64,000 nucleotides of DNA, from positions 385,246-449,245 of the forward strand of contig OY970382.1 in NCBI GenBank assembly GCA_963719425.1. The letters run 5' to 3'. Shown piece by piece: positions 37,097 to 47,534 of the stretch. Both the position numbers and the translations under genes were made by a program. The notes beneath the pieces were generated by a model that did not search any database, was not told the origin of the DNA, and was given only the letters and a program-made list of their open reading frames with translations. The stretch is from an uncultured bacterium. Its GTDB lineage: Bacteria > Patescibacteriota > Minisyncoccia > UBA6257 > 2-01-FULL-56-20. The first letter of the stretch is position 1; every line of letters begins with the position of its first letter.

Positions 37097-37366
37097 TCAT
37101 TTCATTGAAAAATCAGAAAATTTACCAGTAGCCTCCGACCACTCCGTTTCCACCCGCTCCACCTTCGCAAGCCACGGCCCTTTGCCACACCATGCGAGAA
37201 AATTCTTAAGCGCTGCCTCCTGCCCCTCCACTTCAATGTATACCGAACCGTCCGGCTCGTTCCGCGCAAAGCCCACGAGCTTTCGTTTTCGCGCTTCCGC
37301 TTGCGCGGCGTATCGGAACCCAATGCCTTGCACGCGCCCGTAAATTCTAATCGCGAGACATTTCAT
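37097..37366 (-). CDS. acyP: Acylphosphatase
   Basis: GRVQGIGFR and GFARNEPDGSV. Confidence 0.93.
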   Translation of the reverse strand: MKCLAIRIYGRVQGIGFRYAAQAEARKRKLVGFARNEPDGSVYIEVEGQEAALKNFLAWCGKGPWLAKVERVETEWSEATGKFSDFSMK

Positions 37367-38156
37367 GAAGTATCTTCTCCGCCCAGGTAATCGCGTAATC
37401 GGCGATTTCTTCCCATCCCGGTTCCACAACGGAGAGATGGGTCCTTTGTGGAAACTCTTTGAATTCGGTAATTGCCTTTGAAGAACGATACTTCGTGAAA
37501 TTGGCGCGATTCATGCCGGGCGGCACAACATTATCCCTTTCCCCCGCAATGAAGAGGAGCGGAGCTCGCGCCTCATTCGCAAAATTGACCGCTGCTTCTC
37601 TACTAAGGAGGAGTTGAAAAAATATCTTCCCTGGCGCGGGAACAAGGTAAGCATCAACCAGTTTTCGCTGTGCCGCTTCCGGAAAGGCCTGGGCAAAATT
37701 CTTTTTCAGATTTCCGAATGACAACGTAACAGTTTTCTTCCAAACGCCCCAGTGAAGAAAGGTGGGAAGAAGTCCGAAAAGCTTCCGAATCGCACTCCAC
37801 CCTGGAAATACACCGCGTGGCGGTCCCGATTCGATAGCAATACCGCACGCGCCCAGCCCCCTATCAAGCAGAAGCTGTACTAAAAGACCGCCAAAAGAAT
37901 GGCCTATGAGAATCGGCGGCTCATCAAGCTTCGTGATAATCGCAGCGTAGTAATCGGCGATCTCTTTTATCCCAAGCGTGGCGATGCGAGGATCGGTTCG
38001 TTGATTCAGCTCCGCCACGGAACGATCGAAATACGGCCATGCAGGCGCAAGGCAATGATAGCCGCGCTGTTCGTAATAACGCTTGAACGGTTCCCAATAT
38101 TGCGGAGTCACCCACGCGCCATGAATCAAAACGATGGTGTGCCGCGTGTGCAACAT
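37347..38156 (-). CDS. Alpha/beta hydrolase
   Basis: IHGAW, GHSFGG nucleophile elbow, GERD and His. Start uncertain (38156-38213). Confidence 0.9.
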   Translation of the reverse strand: MLHTRHTIVLIHGAWVTPQYWEPFKRYYEQRGYHCLAPAWPYFDRSVAELNQRTDPRIATLGIKEIADYYAAIITKLDEPPILIGHSFGGLLVQLLLDRGLGACGIAIESGPPRGVFPGWSAIRKLFGLLPTFLHWGVWKKTVTLSFGNLKKNFAQAFPEAAQRKLVDAYLVPAPGKIFFQLLLSREAAVNFANEARAPLLFIAGERDNVVPPGMNRANFTKYRSSKAITEFKEFPQRTHLSVVEPGWEEIADYAITWAEKILHEMSRD

Positions 38157-38199
38157 ATCATTCCTTATGCCCTTCTTGGTTCGCATAGACGAAATAAAT

Positions 38200-38784
38200 T
38201 CATGCAGCGCCATTTCGTAGTACGACTATTTTCCTGTCGCGCACGCTCACCACAGTTGATGGCCTCGCCGCCAACCGTCCTGTATCAATATAAAATTGCA
38301 CCTTGTCGCCGAAATATTTCTTCGCTTCGCGGATCGTCCTCGCCGACGGCTCACCTTCAACGTTTGCGCTTGGTGCGACGAGCGGACCCGTTTCCCGAAG
38401 CAACGCCCGAAGCCACGTTGGTTTGGGCACGCGGAATGCAAGCGTTTTGGTTCCGCGATGGAGATAGGCGAATGTTCGAGAGCGGCACGGCAAAATAATG
38501 CTTACCTTTCCCGGCCATACTTTCTTCAAGATCTTTTTTGTGCGCACGTTGGGCTCTACCCCAAAACGCCGCATCTCATCCGGCGACGCGATCAGAACAA
38601 TCATCGGCTTTTTCGGATCCCGCCTCCGCAAACGATAGATCCGCTCCACCGTGCGCCGCCGGAGCGCGGAGCCGACAAGGCCGTAGATCGTGTCGGTCGG
38701 CATCACACCAACATCACCCGCCACGAGTATCTCGCTTGCGGCTCGGACGGTCCGTGCAAAACGGCGCATTTTCACGTTGCCCAT
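38200..38784 (-). CDS. tsaC: L-threonylcarbamoyladenylate synthase (YrdC/Sua5)
   Basis: PTDTIYGL, R...KP, WPG, APSAN and PSTVV. Confidence 0.92.
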   Translation of the reverse strand: MGNVKMRRFARTVRAASEILVAGDVGVMPTDTIYGLVGSALRRRTVERIYRLRRRDPKKPMIVLIASPDEMRRFGVEPNVRTKKILKKVWPGKVSIILPCRSRTFAYLHRGTKTLAFRVPKPTWLRALLRETGPLVAPSANVEGEPSARTIREAKKYFGDKVQFYIDTGRLAARPSTVVSVRDRKIVVLRNGAA

Positions 38785-38807
38785 AGCTCTTATGGTATCA
38801 TTATGGT

Positions 38808-39395
38808 ATGGCCTTCATAAACAAATACAGCGGAATCATCATCGTCGTGCTTATTATCGCAGTCGTCGTACTCTCCGCGCTCCTTATAGCGCAAAACAGC
38901 GGCACCCCGAGCCCCTCGCCCACTACCGCACCGATTCCTACCTCTACCTCCACCACCTCCGCTTCCGGCACTCCTGCGCAAGCCGCCGAAAACCAAACCT
39001 CCACGAAATCTAATGTTCCTTCCGCTCCGCGCCACAGCGCTGCCAGCAGTGGCATCGCGCCTGCAACGACCGGTTTCGTCATTCGTCTCGTTAATCCGAT
39101 TCCGGGCGAAATATGGATCATCGCGCAGCAGAACCTCATAAGCTGGGACCGTGAAGCGGGAGTGGCGGGGCAAATAGAACTGCTTGACGCTGCAACCTAC
39201 AAACTGGTCGGCGTGATTCTCAATCAAATCGGACCGAGCCAGACCTCCTACACGTGGAACACGAGGGATCTCCTTTTGAGCCGGAACAATCCTGCAAAAA
39301 CAACGGTGGTGCCGGGACAATACGTCGTCCGGATCGCGTTTGACGGCAACAACCTTTCGCCGATCACGAGCCAGCCGATAACGATCACGCAATAA
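38808..39395 (+). CDS. Membrane-anchored Ser/Thr/Pro-stalk protein with C-terminal Ig-like domain
   Basis: TM, low-complexity stalk, then P..GE.W...I.W...SYTW...PGQY. Confidence 0.75.
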   Translation: MAFINKYSGIIIVVLIIAVVVLSALLIAQNSGTPSPSPTTAPIPTSTSTTSASGTPAQAAENQTSTKSNVPSAPRHSAASSGIAPATTGFVIRLVNPIPGEIWIIAQQNLISWDREAGVAGQIELLDAATYKLVGVILNQIGPSQTSYTWNTRDLLLSRNNPAKTTVVPGQYVVRIAFDGNNLSPITSQPITITQ

Positions 39396-40659
39396 AGAGA
39401 CGCCGGCGGAGCGCCTTGTGATATCCGATCGCGAACCGGTGCGCTTCGTTGCGCACGCGGACGAGCGTGGACTTCTGCACGCCCTTGGGAACAGTGCCTA
39501 CGACGTCGTTGCGCTTCCGCTCCGGTCCCTTCGCGATGCCTATGATCGGGATCCGCAAGCCGGCGTGCAGGAGCACGCGCCGCGCCGCATTCACCTGCGC
39601 GATGCCGCCGTCGATCAGGATGAGGTCCGGCAAGCGCCATCCCCCGGCATCATTTTTTCCGTCTGCGGAAAAACCAGCGCCGTGGCCAGCACTTCTAAAA
39701 TGCTTGAACCGCCGCTCTAAAACTTCCGTGAGCATGCCCACGTCATTCGGTTTGAAAATGCTGCGAATCCTGAATTTCCGATATTCGTTCTTGTTCGGCT
39801 CACCGTTCTCAAACACCACCATGGAACCGACCGCCGAGGTGCCAGAGATATTTGATATATCGTATCCCTCAATGCGGTAAACGCTGCCCGCCGATTTTTC
39901 GTCCACGCCATTCGTACGTGCGCCCGGCATTACCAATATCTCCGAATCGGAAATGAGCGCTGTGTCGCGGATGTGCCTGAGTGCGAAGATTTGCCGACGC
40001 AACTTCTCCGCCGCTTCAAAATCCAACTTCCTGCTTGCCGCATTCATCTCTTTCATTAGTGATTGGAGAAGGCGCTTTTTCTTCCCGAGAAGAATGAGCC
40101 GGAGTCGGTGTATGTTCTTCATATACTCTTCGCGCGAGATCTCGCCCACACACGTTCCCGGGCACAGCCCAATTTCATAATCAAAGCATGGCCGCGTGAA
40201 CTTCCCGAGCCGTTCCGGATCGTGCGTGCTCCACGGAAAGATCTTTCGGAGAATCCGCAATGCCTCCCGCACATTTGAAGCCGACGTGAATGGGCCGAAA
40301 CGCGAACCGTTCTCAGGACTCTTCCCGCGCACCAAGAGCACGCGCGGAAACTTCTCTTTCGTAATTTCTACGCTCAAGAAACTTTTGTCGTCCTTCTCGC
40401 GCACATTGAACGGCGGCGTGAACTTCTTGATAAACTCCGCCTCTAAAATGAGCGCCTCAAGTGCCGTGTCGGTTTTCTCGTAATCAATCTTCGCGATCTT
40501 CCGCACAAGCGTTTCAATCCGCACGTCATGCGGCCGCTCAAAATAGCTCGCGACGCGCCGGCGCAGGTTCCCCGCTTTCCCTACGTAAAGCACGCGGCCA
40601 TTACCGCCCTTCATCAAATACACGCCCGGCGTCTCCGGAAACTTCTTATAGTTGATCAC
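39385..40659 (-). CDS. uvrC: Excinuclease ABC subunit C (short form)
   Basis: GIY-YIG PGVYLM...YVGKA.NLR.RV.SYF, UVR domain, RIEGYDISN, PDLILIDGG and RNEAHRFAI. Confidence 0.93.
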   Translation of the reverse strand: MINYKKFPETPGVYLMKGGNGRVLYVGKAGNLRRRVASYFERPHDVRIETLVRKIAKIDYEKTDTALEALILEAEFIKKFTPPFNVREKDDKSFLSVEITKEKFPRVLLVRGKSPENGSRFGPFTSASNVREALRILRKIFPWSTHDPERLGKFTRPCFDYEIGLCPGTCVGEISREEYMKNIHRLRLILLGKKKRLLQSLMKEMNAASRKLDFEAAEKLRRQIFALRHIRDTALISDSEILVMPGARTNGVDEKSAGSVYRIEGYDISNISGTSAVGSMVVFENGEPNKNEYRKFRIRSIFKPNDVGMLTEVLERRFKHFRSAGHGAGFSADGKNDAGGWRLPDLILIDGGIAQVNAARRVLLHAGLRIPIIGIAKGPERKRNDVVGTVPKGVQKSTLVRVRNEAHRFAIGYHKALRRRLFIA

Positions 40660-40684
40660 TTTTTAATTTTTAGCAGATAAGCGG

Positions 40685-40965
40685 CTAACTCCCCAACAAC
40701 ACATACACCGCGCACTTGCCAATCTCGGGCAGGAGGCCACCCTCTATCGCTTCGCTTACCTTTTCTAAGGGAATCTTTTCGTTGCTACCGTAGGAAATCA
40801 GATGGTCACCCTCCAGGTACGCCAGCTTGTGGCCATCCTCGCCGTACACGAAGTTCGCCTCAAAGTAGCCGAGTCTTTTGCCATCATGGCGCGAATGTGA
40901 TCACCATCAATCCACCCCACCTTCTGCCCGCCGCGCCAGATGTCGTTGCCGACGATTTTGACCAT
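40685..40965 (-). pseudogene. Frameshifted small beta-repeat protein gene (1-nt deletion near 40888)
   Basis: MVKIVGNDIWRGGQKVGWIDGDHIRA continues in another frame as DGKRLGYFEANFVYGEDGHKLAYLEGDHL...AVYVLLGS*. Length is 281 nt. TATAAT lies 6 nt before the ATG. Confidence 0.75.
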
Positions 40966-40983
40966 AGCCTTATTATAACAAAT

Positions 40984-43539
40984 TCATTGTGCGAGAACTT
41001 TCCTCAAATACTGCCCGGTGTAGCTCGCCGCCTTGCGCACGATCTGTTCCGGCGTGCCAACCGCAACGACGCGCCCGCCGCGCTCGCCGCCTTCGGGACC
41101 AAGGTCAACAATCCAATCGGCGGTCTTGATAACATCCAGGTTGTGTTCAATGATAACGACGGTGTTTCCCCTGTCCACAAGCCGCTGAAGCACTTTCACC
41201 AGTTGATCAACATCTGCGAAGTGCAAACCGGTCGTTGGTTCGTCAAGCAAGTAGAGCGTCCGGCGCGTGTCGCGCTTGCCAAGTTCGGCGGAAAGCTTGA
41301 TGCGTTGCGCTTCGCCGCCGGACAAGGTCGTCGCCGACTGGCCGAGTTCCAAATATCCAAGCCCCACTTCTTCCAAAATTGTGAGCTTCTCGTGAAGCCA
41401 CGGAATGTCCTCAAAAAATTTCACCGCTTCCTCCACTGTCATCCGCAAGATGTCGTAAATATTTTTGCTGTGATACTCCACCGCGAGCGTCTCGCGATCA
41501 AAGCGCTTGCCCTTGCAGACATCGCAGGTCACATAGACCGTTGGCAAAAAGTGCATCTCAATCGCGATCGTGCCATGGCCTTCGCAGTTCTCGCAACGGC
41601 CGCCCGGCACATTGAAGCTGAACCGCCCCGGCTTGTAGCCGCGCACGCGCGCGTCCTCCGTCGCGACAAAAAGATCGCGGACGTGCGTCCAGGCGCCCAC
41701 ATAGGTTGCAGGATTTGACCGCGGCGTGCGGCCGATGGCCGACTGGTCAATATTCACGATACGGTTTATGTATTCCAAACCGAGCATCTGCTCCATGCTG
41801 CCCGCCTTGTAGTTCGCGCGATTCAGTTTATCCGCGATCGTTTTATAGAGCACATCGTAAACCAGGCTGGACTTGCCGGAGCCAGAAACGCCCGTCACCG
41901 CTACCATCCGGCGCAATGGAATATCCACATCAATGTCTCTCAGATTGTTCGCGTGCGCACCGCGAATCTTCAAATATTCCTGCTTGCTGGGCGAATCCAC
42001 CTTCCGCCGCTCGGCCGGCACGTCAATAAACTTTTTCCCGCGCAAATATTGAAGCGTGAGCGAATCTTTTTTTGCATCTTTGATAATCTCCGGAATCGGC
42101 CCCTGCGCCACGATGCGGCCGCCATGCACGCCAGCGGCAGGTCCGATGTCCACGAGATAATCCGACTTGCGGATCGTTTCTTCGTCGTGTTCCACTACAA
42201 TGATCGTGTTCCCAAGGTCACGCAGGTCGTAGAGCGTCTGGATGAGCTTCGCGTTGTCGCGTTGATGGAGTCCGATTGTTGGTTCGTCCAGAATATAAAG
42301 CGTGCCGACAAGCCGCGACCCGATCTGCGATGCGAGCCGGATCCGCTGCGCCTCGCCGCCCGACAACGTTCCCGCCTTGCGGTCAAGCGTCAAATATTCC
42401 AAACCGACGTCTGTCATGAACTTCAGCCGGCTCTTGATCTCGCGGAGCGGCGCCTCGGCGACTTCCGCGAGCGATGTACTCTTGAATTTCATCTTTTCAA
42501 AAAAAGTATATGCCTCCTCAATGGAAAATGCCGTCGTGTGATTGATGTTTTTGCCGTCAATCAAAACACTCAAGCTTTCCTCGCGCAGGCGCTTTCCCGC
42601 GCACGCGGGGCAGATCTCTTCCGACCAGATATCTCTCGTGCCCAAGCCGTGGCATTCCGGACACGCGCCGTAGGGGCTATTGAACGAAAATAGGCGCGGC
42701 TCAATCTCGGGGAATGAGAATCCGTCATGCGGACAGGTGAACTTCGCGGACAAAGAGACTTCCTTGTCCGTGATGATCGTCACGACATCATTGCCGTATT
42801 TCAGCGCCGATTCAATCGCCTCCGCGAGCCGCAAGCGATTATCCTTCTCTTTGAAATTCATGCTGGCGGGCATCCGGTCCACGACAAGCTCAATCGTATG
42901 CGTCTTGTAGCGCGAAAGTTCCACGCGCTCACGGAGCGAATGATATTTCCCGTCAATGCGCACCTCGCTGAATCCGGCGTTCAGAAAATCGTAAAGCATC
43001 TGGTAATACTCCCCTTTTCGGCCGCGCACGACGGGTGCCAAAATGACCATATTTTTCCCAACCGTGTCGCGCGCAGGGACAGCATTTTTCTTGTCGTTCT
43101 CGCTCGCGATGCCAATCGCTACGTCCACGATCTCTTCGTTCGCAAGTTTTTTAATCTCACGGCCGCATATAGGACAGAACGGTTTTCCGACCCTTGCAAA
43201 AAGCACGCGGAGGTAGTCATAGATTTCCGTGATCGTCGCGACCGTGGAGCGCGGGTTTGAGGAATGGCTTTTCTGATCAATGGAGATCGCGGGCGAGAGC
43301 CCCTCAATATCGTCCACGTCCGGCTTGTCCAAGCGCCCCAAAAATTGCCGCGCATAGGCGGACAAGGATTCTATGTAGCGGCGCTGACCCTCGGCGAAGA
43401 TCGTGTCAAACGCCAAACTGGACTTCCCCGAACCAGAAAGCCCCGTAAAAACGACCATCTTGTCCCGCGGGATCTCAAGATTGATATTCTTCAAATTATG
43501 CTCGCGTGCGCCTTTAATGATGATCTTGTCGTGCGGCAT
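40984..43539 (-). CDS. uvrA: Excinuclease ABC subunit A
   Basis: GAREHNLKN, two Walker A motifs Gx[16 protein letters not shown] twice, and Zn fingers. Confidence 0.98.
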   Translation of the reverse strand: MPHDKIIIKGAREHNLKNINLEIPRDKMVVFTGLSGSGKSSLAFDTIFAEGQRRYIESLSAYARQFLGRLDKPDVDDIEGLSPAISIDQKSHSSNPRSTVATITEIYDYLRVLFARVGKPFCPICGREIKKLANEEIVDVAIGIASENDKKNAVPARDTVGKNMVILAPVVRGRKGEYYQMLYDFLNAGFSEVRIDGKYHSLRERVELSRYKTHTIELVVDRMPASMNFKEKDNRLRLAEAIESALKYGNDVVTIITDKEVSLSAKFTCPHDGFSFPEIEPRLFSFNSPYGACPECHGLGTRDIWSEEICPACAGKRLREESLSVLIDGKNINHTTAFSIEEAYTFFEKMKFKSTSLAEVAEAPLREIKSRLKFMTDVGLEYLTLDRKAGTLSGGEAQRIRLASQIGSRLVGTLYILDEPTIGLHQRDNAKLIQTLYDLRDLGNTIIVVEHDEETIRKSDYLVDIGPAAGVHGGRIVAQGPIPEIIKDAKKDSLTLQYLRGKKFIDVPAERRKVDSPSKQEYLKIRGAHANNLRDIDVDIPLRRMVAVTGVSGSGKSSLVYDVLYKTIADKLNRANYKAGSMEQMLGLEYINRIVNIDQSAIGRTPRSNPATYVGAWTHVRDLFVATEDARVRGYKPGRFSFNVPGGRCENCEGHGTIAIEMHFLPTVYVTCDVCKGKRFDRETLAVEYHSKNIYDILRMTVEEAVKFFEDIPWLHEKLTILEEVGLGYLELGQSATTLSGGEAQRIKLSAELGKRDTRRTLYLLDEPTTGLHFADVDQLVKVLQRLVDRGNTVVIIEHNLDVIKTADWIVDLGPEGGERGGRVVAVGTPEQIVRKAASYTGQYLRKVLAQ

Positions 43540-43621
43540 GGTGGCAATACGTAAACTTCCCCCGAGTCGTGCTCACGAGGGGTATAAGAAAAAGCTTAGT
43601 GATATCCGTACTGAAAGTCAA
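43540..43621 (-). promoter_or_regulatory. uvrA promoter and structured 5' leader
   Basis: TTGACT-N17-TAAGCT-N8-TACCCCTCGTGAGCACGACTCGGGGGAAGTTTACGTATTGCCACC-ATG. Confidence 0.65.
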
Positions 43622-43772
43622 CGCGCTCCTTGTTAGGTCAGTGGCTATCGGTGGCTACTAGATGTAGCGTGCCAGCAGGCCCGGACGATGCTTGTGCACA
43701 GCTACTCTATGTTTGCTCTATGCTAGAATAAGTCTGTGGACGATTTGCGCCAAAATATGTCTGAGCAAGTCC

Positions 43773-44777
43773 ATGGATAATAAAGGTAGAGGAGTCATAC
43801 TGGACTTTTCCGCGCAAAAACGGCGTACATTTCTTGTAACGGGTGTTGTTTTTGTAGTCCTGCTCATAATTCCGGGGTTAATCGGCGTCGCCTATTACCA
43901 AGCCGACCAAAGCCTTACGGCACAGATATACCTTCAGCAACAAACTTTGGTCAATCTTGCGACAAGCGCGCTGGAAATCAAAATCAATCGTCTCGTTGAG
44001 ATAGGAGAGTTAGTTGCATCGTCTGACCAAATCTCCAAGGATGCCGCGAATGGCCATTGGAGCGATGCAGCGAACTTTGCGCGCGATATGGAGAACGATG
44101 TTGCCTATGATACCTTCATCGATAGAATTATCTTCTACGACGCGGACGGCATCCAACAGTCGGCATATCCGGAACTCAAAGGCGGCCTTGGGACAGCTGC
44201 GACGAGCACGGATTGGTATCGTTTATTAAGCAGTGGAGGAAACTTCTACGTTTCCGGCGTGTCACAACGGATTTCTGTACCACGGATCAATGTGGTAAGC
44301 ATTATAACGCCAATAAAGACCGGCGGGACAATCAACGGCTTTTCAGTTCTCCAAATCCCTGCGCGTAATTTCTTAGAGTTCGGTACGGATCTTTCCCTTG
44401 GGACCTACGGGTTTGCATATATTGTTGACTCAAAAGGCAACCTTGTGGCGCACCCACAGTTCTCTTCGCAGAACGGCGAGGTGGTCAATTATTCTTTTGT
44501 GCCGGCGGTAAAGGAGATAATGGCAGGTAAGACGGGAGTGATGATTGTTTATAATCAGAATGGGACCGAGAAAAGCATTGTGGGATACGAGCCGTTGCAG
44601 CGGTATCGGTGGGGAGTTGTGATACAAGAATTGTACGACGAAGTGTTTGCACCAAGAGACAGCATCCTTTTTTCCTACCTGATCGAGATGATAACCGCCT
44701 TCGTATTTGACCTCTTGTTTTCCTATCTTGTGCTCAGATTATTGCTTGCCAAGGCCAAGAAATACCAAAAGCCATGA
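43773..44777 (+). CDS. Stand-alone dCache-domain membrane sensor without cytoplasmic output domain
   Basis: TM - large extracellular domain (DWY; YAYIVDSKG-like AYIVDSKGNLVAHP; WGVVIQ) - TM - 9-residue tail. Likely start MDNKG at 43773. Confidence 0.8.
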   Translation: MDNKGRGVILDFSAQKRRTFLVTGVVFVVLLIIPGLIGVAYYQADQSLTAQIYLQQQTLVNLATSALEIKINRLVEIGELVASSDQISKDAANGHWSDAANFARDMENDVAYDTFIDRIIFYDADGIQQSAYPELKGGLGTAATSTDWYRLLSSGGNFYVSGVSQRISVPRINVVSIITPIKTGGTINGFSVLQIPARNFLEFGTDLSLGTYGFAYIVDSKGNLVAHPQFSSQNGEVVNYSFVPAVKEIMAGKTGVMIVYNQNGTEKSIVGYEPLQRYRWGVVIQELYDEVFAPRDSILFSYLIEMITAFVFDLLFSYLVLRLLLAKAKKYQKP

Positions 44778-45421
44778 AAAAAGGCTTCACCCTCATCGAG
44801 CTTTTGATCGTGATCGCAATCATAGCGGTCATCTCGGTCGTCATCATTTTATCTTTGAACCCAGCGGAATTGCTGCGTCAAGCAAGAGATTCCAACCGGA
44901 TCTCCGACATGGCAACATTGAAAAGCGCCCTTTCGCTTTATCTGACAGACGTAATAATCCCCAATCTCGGAACCTCCACCATCTGTTATGCGAGCAACAG
45001 TACCACGACATTTGCCGTCGTGAGCAGCACGGGGTCGTGGACCGCGCCTGCCACCGCCGCGAACTGCGCGTATTGGTTTTCCACCGCAAGCACCACCAAC
45101 ACGATCGCCACGACGTCAAGGTTGACAACAGGTAACGGTTGGCTCCCGGTCAATCTCGCAGGTATCTCTTCCGGGTCGCCCCTTAGCCAGGAGCCGATTG
45201 ACCCCAAAAACCAGGGCGGGGACTCCACCTGCACCGGCTCCTCCCCCGCGCTCTCGAGTTGCTCCCTTTTCTACAGCTACATCACGAGCGGTACGAGCTT
45301 CAAGCTCGCAGCGTTCATGGAGAGCGCGAAATTCTATAAAGGCGGCGCTAGCGACGTCACGTCAAAAGACGGCGGGAATAACCCGTACGTTTACGAGCAG
45401 GGAACAGGCCTAAGTCTGTAG
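44774..45421 (+). CDS. Type IV pilin-like protein
   Basis: Class III signal KKGFTLIELLIVIAIIAV, NPAELLRQARDSNRISD, and two Cys pairs. Confidence 0.93.
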   Translation: MKKGFTLIELLIVIAIIAVISVVIILSLNPAELLRQARDSNRISDMATLKSALSLYLTDVIIPNLGTSTICYASNSTTTFAVVSSTGSWTAPATAANCAYWFSTASTTNTIATTSRLTTGNGWLPVNLAGISSGSPLSQEPIDPKNQGGDSTCTGSSPALSSCSLFYSYITSGTSFKLAAFMESAKFYKGGASDVTSKDGGNNPYVYEQGTGLSL

Positions 45422-45441
45422 CCGGTGCCTTGGATCCTGGC

Positions 45442-47460
45442 TTAATCCTTCCCTACCTTTTTAGCCAATTCCCTTATTTCATCCCTCAAGAGTGCCGCGA
45501 GTTCAAAGTCCAGGCGCTTGGCGGCCTCGCGCATCTCGTGTTCCTTTTCGGCGATCAGTCTCTGAATACCGGCCCTTGATTTGGGCACCGGTTTGGTTTC
45601 CAATTTCAATATCTCATCCACATTGGGCAGGATGTCAGAGATTGCTTTCACGATCGTGCGCGGCGTGATGCCATGTACCTTGTTATATGCGGCCTGTAAT
45701 GCGCGGCGCCGTTCGGTCTCCGCAACCGCGCGCTTGATGGAACCCGTGATTTTGTCCGCATAGATCAGCACTTCGCCTTCCACATTCCGCGCCGCACGGC
45801 CGATCGTCTGGATTAAAGACACCTCGCTTCGCAGAAAACCTTCTTTATCCGCATCCATAATGGCGACGAGTGACACCTCCGGCAAATCCAGTCCTTCACG
45901 CAAAAGATTTACGCCGACAAGCACTTCAATTTTTCCACGCCGCAATTCAGTAAGAATTTTAATACGATCCAGCGTCTTCACGTCGCTATGGAGATAATTC
46001 ACTTTCATTTTGCGCTCCTCCAGGTACGCGGAAAGGTCCTCGGCCATTCGCTTCGTGAGAGTTGTTACCAGCACGCGCTCTTTCTTTGCCACGCGCTCCT
46101 CAATGCGCGGGATGAGGTCATCCACCTGCCCGCGCGCGGGGCGCATGGTGATCTTCGGGTCCACAAGACCGGTGGGGCGGATGATCTGCTCCACGATTTG
46201 TCCCGAGCCGGTCTTTGGATCGCTTTCCTTACGCTCATAGGGACCAGGCGTCGCAGAAGTATAGATCGTCTGCCCGACACGGTTCACGAATTCCGCGAAC
46301 CGCAGAGGCCGATTGTCCACGGCCGACGGCAGCCGGAAACCATACTCAACGAGCGTCTTCTTGCGCGAGGCGTCGCCCTCATACATCCCTTGGAGCTGCG
46401 GAATGGTCATGTGCGATTCGTCAATTACGGTCAAAAAATCCGGTTTGCCTTCCGTTGTGTGTGGGAAATAGTCCAGGAGCGTGTCCGGCGGCTCGCCCGC
46501 CGCGCGACCAGAAAGATGGCGGGAATAATTCTCAATGCCGTGGCAGTAGCCCACCTCGCGCATCATCGCGATGTCAAACTTGGTGCGGCGCTCCAGCCGC
46601 TCCGCCTCCAAAAACTTTTTCTCGCGCTCAAAATATTTCAGGCGCTCACGGAGCTCCTCCTGGATCGCCTTGATAGCCCGCTCGCGTTCCGGCGCCTCAG
46701 TGATGAAGTGCTTTGCGGGAGCGAAAACAACGTCGGCGATACGCGGCGTCTTGCCGACCTGAAATCCAACCACCGGATCAATCTCATAAATGGCACGAAT
46801 CACCCTATCCTTCACCTCAAAGTTATAGACCACCTCGCGGTCGGCGGGCATGATCTCCCAATTTTCGCCGCGCAGGCGATAGGTGCCGCGCTTCAGGTCC
46901 GCATTCGTGCGGGAGAATTGCAGTTCAACGAGCTTTCGCGCGAAATCCTTTCGCTCAATCCTGTCCCCAACCTTGAAATGGAAAATATTCTGCGCATAGA
47001 CCTCCGGCGCCCCAAGGCCATAGATGCACGACACGGACGCCACGATGATCACGTCGCGCCGCGTGAGGAGCGCGGTCGTCGCCGCATGGCGAAGCTTGTC
47101 TATTTCGTCATTGATCAGCGCTTCCTTATCTATATATGTATCGCTTGACGGAATATACGCCTCCGGCTGGTAGTAATCGTAGTAGGAAACAAAATAATTC
47201 ACCGAGTTCTTTGGAAACAATTCACGGAACTCGTTGCAAAGCTGCGCCGCCAAGGTCTTATTGTGCGCGATCACGAGCGCGGGCATATCGCACTCCGCGA
47301 TCACGTTCGCAACGGTGAACGTTTTTCCGGAGCCCGTGACACCCAAAAGCGTCTGATCGCGGTAGCCCTTTTCTAAACCCGAAACGAGCGATGTGATCGC
47401 CTTCGGCTGGTCCCCTGCGGGTTTGTTCTTTGAAATCAGTTCAAAATGGTCCATGGCCAT
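45442..47460 (-). CDS. uvrB: Excinuclease ABC subunit B
   Basis: PAGDQPKAI, GVTGSGKT, FVSYYDYYQPEAY, DESH and C-terminal UVR domain. Confidence 0.98.
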   Translation of the reverse strand: MAMDHFELISKNKPAGDQPKAITSLVSGLEKGYRDQTLLGVTGSGKTFTVANVIAECDMPALVIAHNKTLAAQLCNEFRELFPKNSVNYFVSYYDYYQPEAYIPSSDTYIDKEALINDEIDKLRHAATTALLTRRDVIIVASVSCIYGLGAPEVYAQNIFHFKVGDRIERKDFARKLVELQFSRTNADLKRGTYRLRGENWEIMPADREVVYNFEVKDRVIRAIYEIDPVVGFQVGKTPRIADVVFAPAKHFITEAPERERAIKAIQEELRERLKYFEREKKFLEAERLERRTKFDIAMMREVGYCHGIENYSRHLSGRAAGEPPDTLLDYFPHTTEGKPDFLTVIDESHMTIPQLQGMYEGDASRKKTLVEYGFRLPSAVDNRPLRFAEFVNRVGQTIYTSATPGPYERKESDPKTGSGQIVEQIIRPTGLVDPKITMRPARGQVDDLIPRIEERVAKKERVLVTTLTKRMAEDLSAYLEERKMKVNYLHSDVKTLDRIKILTELRRGKIEVLVGVNLLREGLDLPEVSLVAIMDADKEGFLRSEVSLIQTIGRAARNVEGEVLIYADKITGSIKRAVAETERRRALQAAYNKVHGITPRTIVKAISDILPNVDEILKLETKPVPKSRAGIQRLIAEKEHEMREAAKRLDFELAALLRDEIRELAKKVGKD

Positions 47461-47533
47461 GCGTGAATCCCCCGCGGGCCCGAGCCCTAAGGGGTAGCTA
47501 TCACACTCTAAGCGCTAAACCGCCCACCGTCAA
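47455..47533 (-). promoter_or_regulatory. uvrB promoter and structured 5' leader
   Basis: TTGACG-N17-TAGAGT-N8-TACCCCTTAGGGCTCGGGCCCGCGGGGGATTCACGCATGGCC-ATG. Confidence 0.65.
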
Positions 47534-47534
47534 A

